Source: an uncultured bacterium
GTDB taxonomy: Bacteria; Verrucomicrobiota; Verrucomicrobiia; Verrucomicrobiales; DEV007
NCBI GenBank assembly: GCA_963977015.1
Contig: CAXBMO010000006.1
Coordinates: forward strand, 32,001-96,000
DNA length: 64,000 bases
Reading direction: 5' to 3'
How positions within the stretch are numbered: position 1 is the first letter of the stretch; every line of letters begins with the position of its first letter. This document shows positions 52,000 through 61,295 of this stretch, in pieces. The notes beneath the pieces are model-generated. The model was not told the DNA's origin and ran no database searches. It was given only the letters and a program-made list of their open reading frames with translations. The translations under genes and the position numbers were made by a program.

Positions 52000-52133
52000 C
52001 CAGAAAAGTGAATTCCCCGGGGCTTGTGTGACGATTTAGTTGCAATTCGATCCGGTGACGGCCCAAATTGGGCGGGTAATGGGTTGTCAGCGCACTCGTT
52101 TTAAGGTGAATTACCCAGGTAACATTCCCAAAA

Positions 52134-52496
52134 ATGGGTGAAGATCCGCGAAATAAATACGTTGTTGTTTACAAGTGTCTCGGCGACCTCACGCGTCTGA
52201 GGATTCTCAATTTGTTGAATCAGAAGCCCTTGTGCGTCTCCCACTTGCAGGGCATTCTGGAAGTTCCGCAGACGAAGATGACCAAGCAGCTCCAGTATTT
52301 GAAGCGGCATGAGCTAATCGAGTCCGCGAGAAACGGGACGTGGACCATCTACTACATTCCGGAGTCGCCGAACGACGTGCTCAGGTTCAACCTGGAGCGG
52401 CTGGAAGAGCTGATTTTTCGAGATCCGGTCTTTGTCCGGGATCTCGAACGACTGGACGCCACCGACACCTCGGCGGCGGCTCTGCCCGAGGGGTGA
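52134..52496 (+). CDS. ArsR/SmtB family transcriptional regulator
   Basis: LGDLTRLRILNLL, PLCVSHL, R.GTW.IY winged helix-turn-helix. Confidence 0.9.
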   Translation: MGEDPRNKYVVVYKCLGDLTRLRILNLLNQKPLCVSHLQGILEVPQTKMTKQLQYLKRHELIESARNGTWTIYYIPESPNDVLRFNLERLEELIFRDPVFVRDLERLDATDTSAAALPEG

Positions 52497-52617
52497 GGCA
52501 GTTCTTCGAGAGTGGTGTCAGTGAATTTCGTGAGCTGAACACATCGCGGGGTCGGGTTTCAGCGCCCCTGAAGGCTTAACCCATCAAAAACTCACCAAAA
52601 GCTGCTTGCAATGCCTT

Positions 52618-52641
52618 ATAGTTCAAGTTTTCTGGAACTAT
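52618..52641. promoter_or_regulatory. Inverted repeat overlapping the arsR-arsC start (putative ArsR operator)
   Basis: ATAGTTCAAG-TTTT-CTGGAACTAT with a 9/10 arm match. Confidence 0.6.
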
Positions 52642-53443
52642 GGAATTAACGCAAGCCGCCCAAGTCCTGAGTTCGTTGGGCAGTGAGTCCCGACTCCGAA
52701 TCTTTCAGGTGCTTTCCGAGTCTGGTCAGGATGGGATTTCGGCGGGCGAGTTGGCTGACAGAGTGGCGATGCCTGCCAATACGCTATCGTTCCATTTGAA
52801 AGAGTTGGTGACCGCCAACCTTGCGCGTTCGCAACGAGCCGGGCGATCCATTTTCTATTTCATCGATCCACTTGGAGTCTCTGCGTTGCTGCAATTTTTG
52901 AGTGTCGATTGTTGTTTTGGCAATCCGAGCGCATGCCTGCCCATTCAACTTGCTTCATCACTGGACGCGAATGCCGCGGTCCCTCCCACGAAGGTCCTGT
53001 TTGTTTGTAATCATAACGCGGCTCGCAGCCAGATGGCGGAAGGACTCTTGCGTTATTATGCAGGCGATCGGTTCACGGTATATAGCGCGGGATTTCAACC
53101 CAGGTCGGTTGATGAACGAGCCATCCAGGTCATGGACGAGATTGGCATTGATATCAGCAAACAGTTCAGCAAGTCCCTTCATGATATCATGTCACTCACC
53201 ACGGTTGAGCATGTCATCGTTGTCTGTCGTTCCAGCGAGGAACACTGCCCACAACTCTATCCCTTTGCGAAACAGCATTCCCGTTGGGTCGTGGAACCAC
53301 CAACGGCGACCAAACGTGAATCAGATGAGGGGATTCTGGAGAATTTTCGAAGAGTCCGTGATGTCTTGGAACGCGAAGTGAAGTCATGGCTCATCTCGAT
53401 CAACAAAGCAGACAATCACCTCCCACAGTCAAAGATTTCCTAA
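52640..53443 (+). CDS. ArsR-ArsC fusion (AfArsR-type repressor plus LMW-PTP-family arsenate reductase)
   Basis: NTLSFHLKEL and DCCFGNPSAC in the repressor part; VLFVCNHNAARSQMAEG and VVC..EEHCP in the reductase part. Confidence 0.88.
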   Translation: MELTQAAQVLSSLGSESRLRIFQVLSESGQDGISAGELADRVAMPANTLSFHLKELVTANLARSQRAGRSIFYFIDPLGVSALLQFLSVDCCFGNPSACLPIQLASSLDANAAVPPTKVLFVCNHNAARSQMAEGLLRYYAGDRFTVYSAGFQPRSVDERAIQVMDEIGIDISKQFSKSLHDIMSLTTVEHVIVVCRSSEEHCPQLYPFAKQHSRWVVEPPTATKRESDEGILENFRRVRDVLEREVKSWLISINKADNHLPQSKIS

Positions 53444-53458
53444 CCTAGCCAAAATCCT

Positions 53459-53980
53459 ATGCAAACCCAGAAACCATTCAAAGTCCTTTTCCTCTGTTCA
53501 GGAAATTCAGCGCGAAGTATCTTCGCGGAATACATCACAAAGATTGTCGCTCCAGGAAGATTCGAAGCCTTCAGTGCCGGATCTGAACCCCGCGGTGAGG
53601 TGCATCCAATGACGCTTCGCGTCCTGAAAGAGGTGTATCATTTGGAGGCCTCAGATGCCAAAAGCAAGAGTTGGGAGGAATTCAGAAGCCAGGAAGCGGA
53701 CTTCGATTTCGTCATCACGGTTTGTGATCATGCCAGGGATACCTGTCCGACGTGGCCGGGGCAGCCGATTATCGCGCATTGGGGTTCACAGGATCCCGTG
53801 GCGGCACAGGGATCCGATGAAGAGGTCTTCAAGGTGTTCAAGAATGTGTCGATCGAGATTCGTCGTCGCATTGAGTTATTCGCCTCGTTGCCATTTGAGA
53901 AACTCGACCGGTTCCGCTTGGAGGAAATGACCAAGGCAATCGGGGTGACAAGGGAAACTGCGGACACCGAGGGGGCATGA
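53459..53980 (+). CDS. arsC: Arsenate reductase, thioredoxin-coupled LMW-PTP family
   Basis: LFLCSGNSARS, TVCDHARDTCP, HWGSQDP. Confidence 0.9.
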   Translation: MQTQKPFKVLFLCSGNSARSIFAEYITKIVAPGRFEAFSAGSEPRGEVHPMTLRVLKEVYHLEASDAKSKSWEEFRSQEADFDFVITVCDHARDTCPTWPGQPIIAHWGSQDPVAAQGSDEEVFKVFKNVSIEIRRRIELFASLPFEKLDRFRLEEMTKAIGVTRETADTEGA

Positions 53981-54049
53981 ACCCGAAGTCCGCATCCGTT
54001 TGATCGGCGGAAATGATGTAGACGATGTTCGGTGGCGTCGCCGCACCAC

Positions 54050-55549
54050 CTATTCCGGGATTCGGTTCAGCGTGTAATAGGCATCCGGATGTTCCAGGCT
54101 CCCGCCCGCCTGATTACGAAGACCTTCCGCTCTCAATTCGTGGACATACATTTCCCGCAGTCCCTCGATTTGAAGGTGGATCCGAAGCCCGTCGTTGCTC
54201 ATGGTTGCCTTCTGAATCTTCAGCGTTTTGCGATCCTCCTCCGGTCCGCCGTAGGTGCCCTGGTAGCGATAGGTATAACTTGAGAGCTGATACGAATCCA
54301 GATTGGTGGCGGTTTTCGGATCGACGGGTTCGGTGAACACCAATTCGAAGCCGTCGGGTTCGGCCCGCATTTCCTGAATCGCAAAGGTCATTTCGCCGTT
54401 CCATCGCACCCGCTGCAATCCGTAGGAGCGACTGCCGAGCGAGGACCAGCCGCGATTCGTCATTCCGACGTAAAGGCTGCCATCGGAACCGAACGTCAAT
54501 CGGAAGACCGCTGCGGGAAACTTGCTGAGGAACGGGAAGCAGGCTCCCTGATACTCGCCGCCAACCTTTTCCAGAAACACGCGATTGATGCTGGAATTGG
54601 TGAACTCGCCAACGAGCAGCTGGCCGTCGAATGGTCCGAACCGTCCGTGTTGATCAATCACTTGAATGTCGGTCGCGCTCCGCCCCATTTTATCATAGGG
54701 CAGCCAGACTGCCGGAGGAACCAATTCGGGCAACGCCTTGACGGCTTCGGGGTAGAGTTGTTTCAGGGGAAGTTCCGCCGACAACTTGAGGGGTGAGTCC
54801 TCCAGATCCTGGGGTGCGATTCCTTCGGGATTTCCGTAAAAGGCGCCGCGCCGGAGATGGTAGATCGGGGTCGTCGGAATCCAGGAACCCTGTTGGTCGC
54901 TGAAAAACAGGTCACCCTCCAGATTGGCGCCGAGGCCGGACGGAGAACGCATTCCGGCGGCTTGCGGAGTGAGACTGGTGTCAGGATTCATCGTGAGGGC
55001 CCAACCTCTCCAGGGAGCGCTGTTGTTGGCGAGGTTGCCCATGTCCAGATTCGTCGTTACCCAAAGATTGCCTTCCCGGTCGCGTTGCGGTCCATAGATG
55101 TAGGCGTGGTAGTTCCCCGAGACATTCCAACCACTCGCGGCGGTGAGATACTCGTCCGAAACGTCATCGCCATCGGTGTCGCGAAGACGCGTAATCTCGG
55201 TGCGTTGCGCGACCAGAAAGCTGTCGCCATCGCGAAGAATGCCGAGTGGTTCATGCAATCCGGAAGCGAATCGATGATAGGTGATGTCTTCGATGGAGTC
55301 GCCATCGACCTTGTCGAGAAACCAGACTTCGCCTTTCCGGATCGTCACGGCGAGGCGGCCATCGGCCGTCCAATCCATACCGCTGACCTCCAGCGCGAGG
55401 CCCTTTCCTGGCTTCCAATCCGGATTCCGCGAGTGCGTTCCGGAGGCGGCGGTGAGGATGTCGAATCGCTCGTAGGACGGCTGGGGTTCGGCGAATCCGA
55501 AACCGGGGAGGACGAAAAAGAGGGAAAAAAGGAAATGGGGTTTCATCAC
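54050..55549 (-). CDS. Secreted beta-propeller protein (PVC-type sorbosone-dehydrogenase-like)
   Basis: ASGLHEPLG, DTDGDDVSDEY, GMRSPSG, DQQGSW, FGPFDGQLLVGE, YQGACFPF. Confidence 0.75.
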   Translation of the reverse strand: MMKPHFLFSLFFVLPGFGFAEPQPSYERFDILTAASGTHSRNPDWKPGKGLALEVSGMDWTADGRLAVTIRKGEVWFLDKVDGDSIEDITYHRFASGLHEPLGILRDGDSFLVAQRTEITRLRDTDGDDVSDEYLTAASGWNVSGNYHAYIYGPQRDREGNLWVTTNLDMGNLANNSAPWRGWALTMNPDTSLTPQAAGMRSPSGLGANLEGDLFFSDQQGSWIPTTPIYHLRRGAFYGNPEGIAPQDLEDSPLKLSAELPLKQLYPEAVKALPELVPPAVWLPYDKMGRSATDIQVIDQHGRFGPFDGQLLVGEFTNSSINRVFLEKVGGEYQGACFPFLSKFPAAVFRLTFGSDGSLYVGMTNRGWSSLGSRSYGLQRVRWNGEMTFAIQEMRAEPDGFELVFTEPVDPKTATNLDSYQLSSYTYRYQGTYGGPEEDRKTLKIQKATMSNDGLRIHLQIEGLREMYVHELRAEGLRNQAGGSLEHPDAYYTLNRIPE

Positions 55550-57588
55550 CAGGTGTAGCGGATGGTTAACGTGTCAGGCTCGGAAAGGATGACTTTGCGC
55601 TTCACGCCTTCCGGGTGCTGAATCAGCTCCGCCGAGAGGTCGGCTTCTTCCCACGTGAGTTGTCGCTCAAAGCCGTTCTCAATCGGACTCAGCCGTTCTT
55701 CGACCGATTCGCCGAGGGCTTCGTAGAGAAAGGTGGGAATGCCCTGATCATCCAATTTGTATCCTCGAAAAGAGGCTTCGAAGCGAGGCTCCCCTTCAAT
55801 GGAGACGATGGCGCTTCCGAGCGGCGTTTCGAAGGGGACGCTGCGGATGAACCACGTTCCGTAGGCGTCGAAAAACTGCCCTTTCCACATCATCATGGGC
55901 CGGCAATGTTCCGCATCATACGCGAAATGGACCTGGCTGGGAAAGCCGACGGCAATGGCGTGCGCGCCGACGCCCTCCATGAAGGCGCGCTGGATGATCG
56001 GGCGATCCGAGGGGACGAGTTCAAAGGCTCCGGTCACGGTTTCCGGGTAGCCTTCGGGTAGGGCGTTACCTTCCTTGGCGAACGCGTAAATCGCGGCGAT
56101 CTGGGCGCGGGTGTCGCCTCCCAGGATCTCCTGGTTCGAAGCAACGCCGCCCGGCCAAAGCGGAGGCATCAGCGTCCCGGGCCGATAGGCCGCCGGGTTC
56201 AGCAAGTAAGATTCCAACCAACCCGGTTGCAAACGGTCCGCGAGATTGCTGATATCGAGCGCCTGGATTCCCAAGGACGGGCGATCGCCCCATTGGTGGC
56301 AGATGATGCAGTTCAGCCCGCCCTGCGTTCCGACCAGTTTTCGGCCAGCGGCCACATTCGTTGCCGGGAGCGGCTTGCTCGGTTTGCGGTCGGCTTCGGC
56401 GAATTCCTGCGCCAATCCATCGGTAAGCTCACCGTAAATCGGCATGCGCGCATGGACGTAGTCTCGAACCCGGTTTTCTCCTTTCAAAACGCCTTCGAGC
56501 CAGTCGGGTTGCAGCTTTCGGCCCGTTCCGGTCAGTGGGGGAGGGTAGCGCCCGGTATCGCCGATGCTGGGATCTCCCGTCAGGTAGGCCTTGCGAGCAT
56601 CGTCGGGACCACCCTTGCCGTTGCGGTCATGACAGGCGTAACAATTCAGCGCCTCGAGTCGCCGGTCGACGCGATCGGGAGGATTTTCTGAGGAACTGAG
56701 AAACGCCGCCAAGGCCGCGCTTTGCGATTCACTGAGATGGTATTGGGGAAGCGCCGCGTTTTCTCCCGTCAGGCAGCCTCCGTTACCGGAAAGGGGGACG
56801 AGTTCCGGTTTGGTCACCTTGGGGATCTCGTGGCACGCCGCGCATTGCTTCGCCTCCACAATCGCTCTGCCTTGGCTGACTTTCTCGGGAACCGGCGTGA
56901 AACGCTTCAAGCGTGGCGCGTTCAATCCGTTGCTATCCTGAAAGTCGAGGAGATGCGCGGCAATATCGATCGAATCCGTGACCTCCATTTCCAGCTTCGG
57001 CATTCGGCCATGGGGACGAGACTTAAGTGGATCGCGAAGAAAGGCGCTCAACGACATCACATCATACTTCGCCGCCAAATCAGGGTAGGCGATGTGCGGA
57101 TAGGTGAAGGCGTCAGGCGCAGGCTGTCCGTCGGCGGGATGAAAGTCCGGACTTGGCGAATGACAGCTTGCGCAACCATGGCGATGAAACAATTCGCTGC
57201 CTCGTTCCGCGTTGACGTGGCGACTCCCTCGGGGCGTTTTGTAGGTTTTGGGAGTGAGTGAGGCCAGATAGTGAACCACCGAATCGGCTTCCTCGTCGGT
57301 TAATCCCAGATGGGGCATCGTCGCGCCAGGGCGTGCCTGTTGCGGATCCAGGAGGAAGTCGCGCGTCCAGTTTGAATCGATTCTCGTGAACACCGCGTTC
57401 AGGTTGGGTCCTTTGCGCGGGGGAAGCTGCGTGGCCTTGTCGTGACAGTTGGCACAGCCGAGCTCGTTGAAGAGCAGGCGCCCGCCTTCGGCGGTTGGTG
57501 CGTTGCGGTGAAAGCGCTCGAAGCCGATCACCATCGGTTCCGCGCTGGCCAGAGAGCTCAGCAGGAGGAGAGCAAAGATGGTTTTCAA
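55546..57588 (-). CDS. Multiheme c-type cytochrome (5 CXXCH)
   Basis: CANCH, CASCH, CAACH, CYACH, CIICH. Signal peptide; TTG start overlaps the upstream stop. Confidence 0.88.
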   Translation of the reverse strand: MKTIFALLLLSSLASAEPMVIGFERFHRNAPTAEGGRLLFNELGCANCHDKATQLPPRKGPNLNAVFTRIDSNWTRDFLLDPQQARPGATMPHLGLTDEEADSVVHYLASLTPKTYKTPRGSRHVNAERGSELFHRHGCASCHSPSPDFHPADGQPAPDAFTYPHIAYPDLAAKYDVMSLSAFLRDPLKSRPHGRMPKLEMEVTDSIDIAAHLLDFQDSNGLNAPRLKRFTPVPEKVSQGRAIVEAKQCAACHEIPKVTKPELVPLSGNGGCLTGENAALPQYHLSESQSAALAAFLSSSENPPDRVDRRLEALNCYACHDRNGKGGPDDARKAYLTGDPSIGDTGRYPPPLTGTGRKLQPDWLEGVLKGENRVRDYVHARMPIYGELTDGLAQEFAEADRKPSKPLPATNVAAGRKLVGTQGGLNCIICHQWGDRPSLGIQALDISNLADRLQPGWLESYLLNPAAYRPGTLMPPLWPGGVASNQEILGGDTRAQIAAIYAFAKEGNALPEGYPETVTGAFELVPSDRPIIQRAFMEGVGAHAIAVGFPSQVHFAYDAEHCRPMMMWKGQFFDAYGTWFIRSVPFETPLGSAIVSIEGEPRFEASFRGYKLDDQGIPTFLYEALGESVEERLSPIENGFERQLTWEEADLSAELIQHPEGVKRKVILSEPDTLTIRYTW

Positions 57589-58499
57589 GCGTTCACCTCC
57601 TTCAGGCAGTTTTCGAGGTAGGTTCGCGACGTGTTGATCGCGGCGGTGACTTCGGCTGCGGTCGGTAGAATCGGGATTCCGCGAGGAACCGGGTGCATGA
57701 AAATCTCCACATAACCGGTGTAGTTGATCTCTTTCAGCGCGCCGACAATCGGCACATAATTGAGGCTTCCGTATCCTGGCATCTGCTGCATCTCGATTTC
57801 CTTGGGGGCTTTTTCCCGAATTCCCTCGGAGTGTTCCTGAAAATAGACGAAGGGAATTTGCTGATCGCCGAGATCGCGGATCAGCGCCGGAATCTCATCG
57901 ACATAGTTGTAAAGATGATGAAGGGCGAAAGCGATCCCGAGGTTGGGCGATTGGTTGAACTCGGCGAAGTAGCGAAGCGAATCCGGCGTGTAGAGAAGCT
58001 GGCGGTCGTGATTTTCAATCGCAATCGTCATGCCAAGCTCCTCCGCTTTGGCGACGTGCGGTTTCATCTTCTCGAGAAACTCCCGAACCGCGACTTTGGC
58101 CTCTTCACCGGACGGTTCGCGAGAGCCCTTGCTGCCGCAAAGCACGATTTCGCCTCCCAGGTTTTTCGCCCAAGCCATTTCGTCCTGAAGCCCGAACGGT
58201 CCCAACGGATAGCGGGTGGAAACGCCGAACTTCACGTCATGTTGCTTCAGCATCGCGGCAAACGCGGCATCGCCCATCGCATCAATCTGCTCTCGCTGAT
58301 TGCCGTGAACCTTGCACCAGATGTCGATCGCCTCGGCGCCGGTTTTCCCGACCTCGGGCATGATGACATCCAGCGGCATCTCGCCATACATGGCCGAGGA
58401 GAGAATGTAGCGGAGGCGAAACGGTTCGGCGTCCTGGGCGATCGCGAAGGGTGCGGCGACCGCGGCGGAAGTTTGGGCAAGGAAGTTGCGTCGGTTCAT
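57585..58499 (-). CDS. Sugar phosphate isomerase/epimerase-family TIM-barrel protein (Tat signal)
   Basis: MNRRNFL, IAIENH, PGYGSLNY..I..L..INYTG. Confidence 0.85.
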   Translation of the reverse strand: MNRRNFLAQTSAAVAAPFAIAQDAEPFRLRYILSSAMYGEMPLDVIMPEVGKTGAEAIDIWCKVHGNQREQIDAMGDAAFAAMLKQHDVKFGVSTRYPLGPFGLQDEMAWAKNLGGEIVLCGSKGSREPSGEEAKVAVREFLEKMKPHVAKAEELGMTIAIENHDRQLLYTPDSLRYFAEFNQSPNLGIAFALHHLYNYVDEIPALIRDLGDQQIPFVYFQEHSEGIREKAPKEIEMQQMPGYGSLNYVPIVGALKEINYTGYVEIFMHPVPRGIPILPTAAEVTAAINTSRTYLENCLKEVNA

Positions 58500-58529
58500 G
58501 AAAGTGGGGTTTTGAGCACGTCGCGGCTT

Positions 58530-59099
58530 TCAGGAAAGAGCGTCGCGCGCTTCTTCCAACATCTTGATCCAAGGTCCCAGGTAGGAACCGTTGTCGTGAA
58601 AGGTTCGTCCGCTCACGAGATTTCCGTCCACGACGCAGGCTTCGTCGACGAACGTTCCGCCGCAGACTTCCAGATCGAACTTGCACTTCGGCACCGTCGC
58701 CATCTTGCGACCGCGCACGCAATCCGCATAGGCCGGAATTTCCACGCCGTGACAAACCGAGGCGATCGGCTTGTTCTCGCGAAAGAAATGTTTTGTGATC
58801 CGCACGAGATCCTCGTCGTAGCGAATGTATTCAGGGGCTCGTCCGCCCGAAAACATGATTCCGAGGTAGTCCTCCTCTTTCACCTCGCTGAATGCCAAGT
58901 CGGCCTGGAGCGTGTAACCTTCCCATTCCTTCGTGATCGTCCAGCCCGGTTTCACCTCGTGCATGACCAGCTGATAGAGCCGCTTTTCCGGTGCGATGAC
59001 GACTGGTTTGATGCCGGCTTCGATCAGGCGGTAGTAGGGGTAAAGAGTGTCTACGGTCTCCGTGGCGTCGCCGATGACAATGAGGGCTTTTGCAGTCAT
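58530..59099 (-). CDS. DJ-1/PfpI family protein
   Basis: GDATE, GGRAPEYIR, SVCHG, VVDGNLVSGR. Probable start MTAKALIV. Confidence 0.92.
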   Translation of the reverse strand: MTAKALIVIGDATETVDTLYPYYRLIEAGIKPVVIAPEKRLYQLVMHEVKPGWTITKEWEGYTLQADLAFSEVKEEDYLGIMFSGGRAPEYIRYDEDLVRITKHFFRENKPIASVCHGVEIPAYADCVRGRKMATVPKCKFDLEVCGGTFVDEACVVDGNLVSGRTFHDNGSYLGPWIKMLEEARDALS

Positions 59100-59234
59100 G
59101 AATTGATGCTCACAGAAAAACCGGGCTTTGTCATCGCAGATCTTTGTCGCGCTTGTCGCGGCTTGCGAAACACGTTGGAATGCCGCATTCACGCATTTCC
59201 ATTGCGCACCCAAACCAACCAGATAGGGTTTCGG

Positions 59235-60029
59235 ATGCAGGAACAAACGAATCCAGTGGGCCAATCCCAAGTCGATATCGACTGGGAGGGCGTGAATCGC
59301 CGGATCATGCTGGTCGAGCAGATTGGAACGACTGATCTTGATTTGAGTGGACTCGGACTCCCAGAGGTTCCTGAAGCGGTCTGGAATTTGCAAGGATTGG
59401 AGAAGCTCGATCTGAGTCAGAACGCGTTGATCGAAGTTCCAGATGATATTGCGCGACTGGGGAAACTGAAGGAACTCTATCTGGACGAGAATCAGCTGGA
59501 GCGCCTCCCGGAATCATTGTCCGCCCTACAGAATCTGAGGCGGCTGGATGCTTCCAAGAATCAGTTGGCAGGCATTCCGGGGGCGGTGGGTGGCCTGATT
59601 TCTCTCGAGTCGTTGGCGCTGACGAAGAATCGGATCGTCTCGCTACCGCGAGAACTGGGAAAGCTTGGTTCGTTGCGTTCTCTCGCGCTCGGTGGCAATC
59701 AATTGAGCGAGCTTCCCGGTGAATTGGAAGGGCTGACCGAATTGCTGGAGCTGTTTCTGTGGGGAAATGCGTTTGGCGAAGTCCCGGAATGCCTTTCCGG
59801 CTTAACCCGGGTGGAAACGCTTTCGCTGTTTGGGAACGGTTTGAAGTCCCTTCCGCCTTGGCTCCAGACTTGGCCAAATCTCAAAACTTTACACCTGCAG
59901 GGAAACGAAAAGCTGGGAATTCCGGAAGAAATTCTGGGTGACCCGGTGGAAGACCTGATGGGCCCAAACCTCGGGAACGGAGTCGCCGCCGCCGACATCC
60001 TGCGCTTCTACTTTTCGCCTGCGAAGTAA
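59235..60029 (+). CDS. Leucine-rich repeat protein
   Basis: About 8-9 LxxLxLxxNxLxxLP repeats; this is the real coding part of the 778-aa track ORF. Confidence 0.88.
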   Translation: MQEQTNPVGQSQVDIDWEGVNRRIMLVEQIGTTDLDLSGLGLPEVPEAVWNLQGLEKLDLSQNALIEVPDDIARLGKLKELYLDENQLERLPESLSALQNLRRLDASKNQLAGIPGAVGGLISLESLALTKNRIVSLPRELGKLGSLRSLALGGNQLSELPGELEGLTELLELFLWGNAFGEVPECLSGLTRVETLSLFGNGLKSLPPWLQTWPNLKTLHLQGNEKLGIPEEILGDPVEDLMGPNLGNGVAAADILRFYFSPAK

Positions 60030-60030
60030 C

Positions 60031-61146
60031 CTACTCGCTCAATCCCTGAAGCTGGCCCGCGTATCCCGTCATCTCCAGATAGCCGCGCCCCTGGCGATCG
60101 CCGCTGATGAGGGTCGCGCCTTCCCAGTAGTTGAAAATGTTCAGCCGAAGCTCCTGATCGGGGAACGCCGCTCGAATGTCGAGATTCAGATTCAAACCCG
60201 GCACGGAGACTCCCCAGGCAATCGGGTAAATCCCGCCGCTGGTTTTGCTTTTCCAGGTTCGCTTCGGGTTCAGGGCAAACTCGCCGTCGCCGAGAGAGGT
60301 CGTCGTCCCGTCGGGATGAATGTAGGTGCCGTTGGAAAAATTGACGCCGCCCTCCGGATTGCGCAGCTGAAAGAGCATCAGCTCCGCGCCGTCGTCGAAT
60401 TGCATCGCAAACCAGTCCCAACCCACCTGATCGCGACTCAGGACGCTGGTGCTCCATTCCCGGTCATACCAACTCTTCCCCGTCACCTGGAATTCGCGGT
60501 CCTTGATCCGCAGCGTCCCATTCGAGGCGATCGACGTCAGGGCGAAGTAGTGGGACGCATTGCTGGGATCGGGCGACTTCGCGCTCACGCCGTCTTCACC
60601 GTGAAAAACCGGCGGTTTGGTGGTCGCCAAATCGAGTTTTAGCGCAAATTCCTCTGTCTCCGCCTCGAAACGATAGTTCCCAATCTTGTCGGGCCCGGAG
60701 CCGGGACGCAGAACCCAGTCCTCGATCCACACAATCCGTTCGCCGTCATCACTCCCGGCCTTGCCAAAAGCTCCCCGACTCAGTTTTTCGGCAACGTAGA
60801 ACCGTTGGCTCTTGATGTCGGAAATCGCGAAATGGGCAAACCACACATGATCGACGACGAAATTCGACTTCACCGGCGTTCGCGTACTCGGCGGACGAAC
60901 GCCCTGCCGAAAGAACGTCAGTTGATAGCCGAATCGCCTTCCGGTCTCCGTTTCGACCAGATTTCCCGTGAAATACCACCACTCCGTCTTGAAATCGTCG
61001 TGCGAAAACTCGTCGCGCGGAAAATCGTAGGTCCAGCCCGGCTCCGCCTTGCGCCAGGACGATACGCCGGACTCCGCACCGGCTTCGATCGTCCAAACCA
61101 AGGCAAGTAGCGAGAGCGTGAGGGGCGCGAGACGTTGCAAATTCAT
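60031..61146 (-). CDS. Lipocalin-like / CrtC-AttH-family secreted hydrolase
   Basis: FPRD..H.DF.TEWWYFTGNL, W.DREWS, GWDWF, YWEG, GYLEMTGY. Confidence 0.88.
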   Translation of the reverse strand: MNLQRLAPLTLSLLALVWTIEAGAESGVSSWRKAEPGWTYDFPRDEFSHDDFKTEWWYFTGNLVETETGRRFGYQLTFFRQGVRPPSTRTPVKSNFVVDHVWFAHFAISDIKSQRFYVAEKLSRGAFGKAGSDDGERIVWIEDWVLRPGSGPDKIGNYRFEAETEEFALKLDLATTKPPVFHGEDGVSAKSPDPSNASHYFALTSIASNGTLRIKDREFQVTGKSWYDREWSTSVLSRDQVGWDWFAMQFDDGAELMLFQLRNPEGGVNFSNGTYIHPDGTTTSLGDGEFALNPKRTWKSKTSGGIYPIAWGVSVPGLNLNLDIRAAFPDQELRLNIFNYWEGATLISGDRQGRGYLEMTGYAGQLQGLSE

Positions 61147-61295
61147 TCCTGACTTCAGTTACGCCTGCCATGGGAGATTGGTCCACCTCTGGTTTTCCGG
61201 CCGGAAAAGTATAAAATTCGTGTTTGCGGGACAACGGAACCTTGCGAGCATGCCTGCCCACTGTTAGTGAATCATAACTTCATTTCCCCGAATCG

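Noticed and set aside
51011-52047. Pho-box-like half sites (GTTAC; GCAAC-N6-GTCAC) upstream of pstS and the second pstB
   Set aside because: Matches to the 11-bp direct-repeat consensus are too weak to call, although PhoB control cannot be excluded.
57693-59234. N-terminal 514 aa of the 778-aa + strand ORF
   Set aside because: It is the antisense shadow of the TIM-barrel and DJ-1 genes. Only the LRR part from ATG 59235 looks coding.
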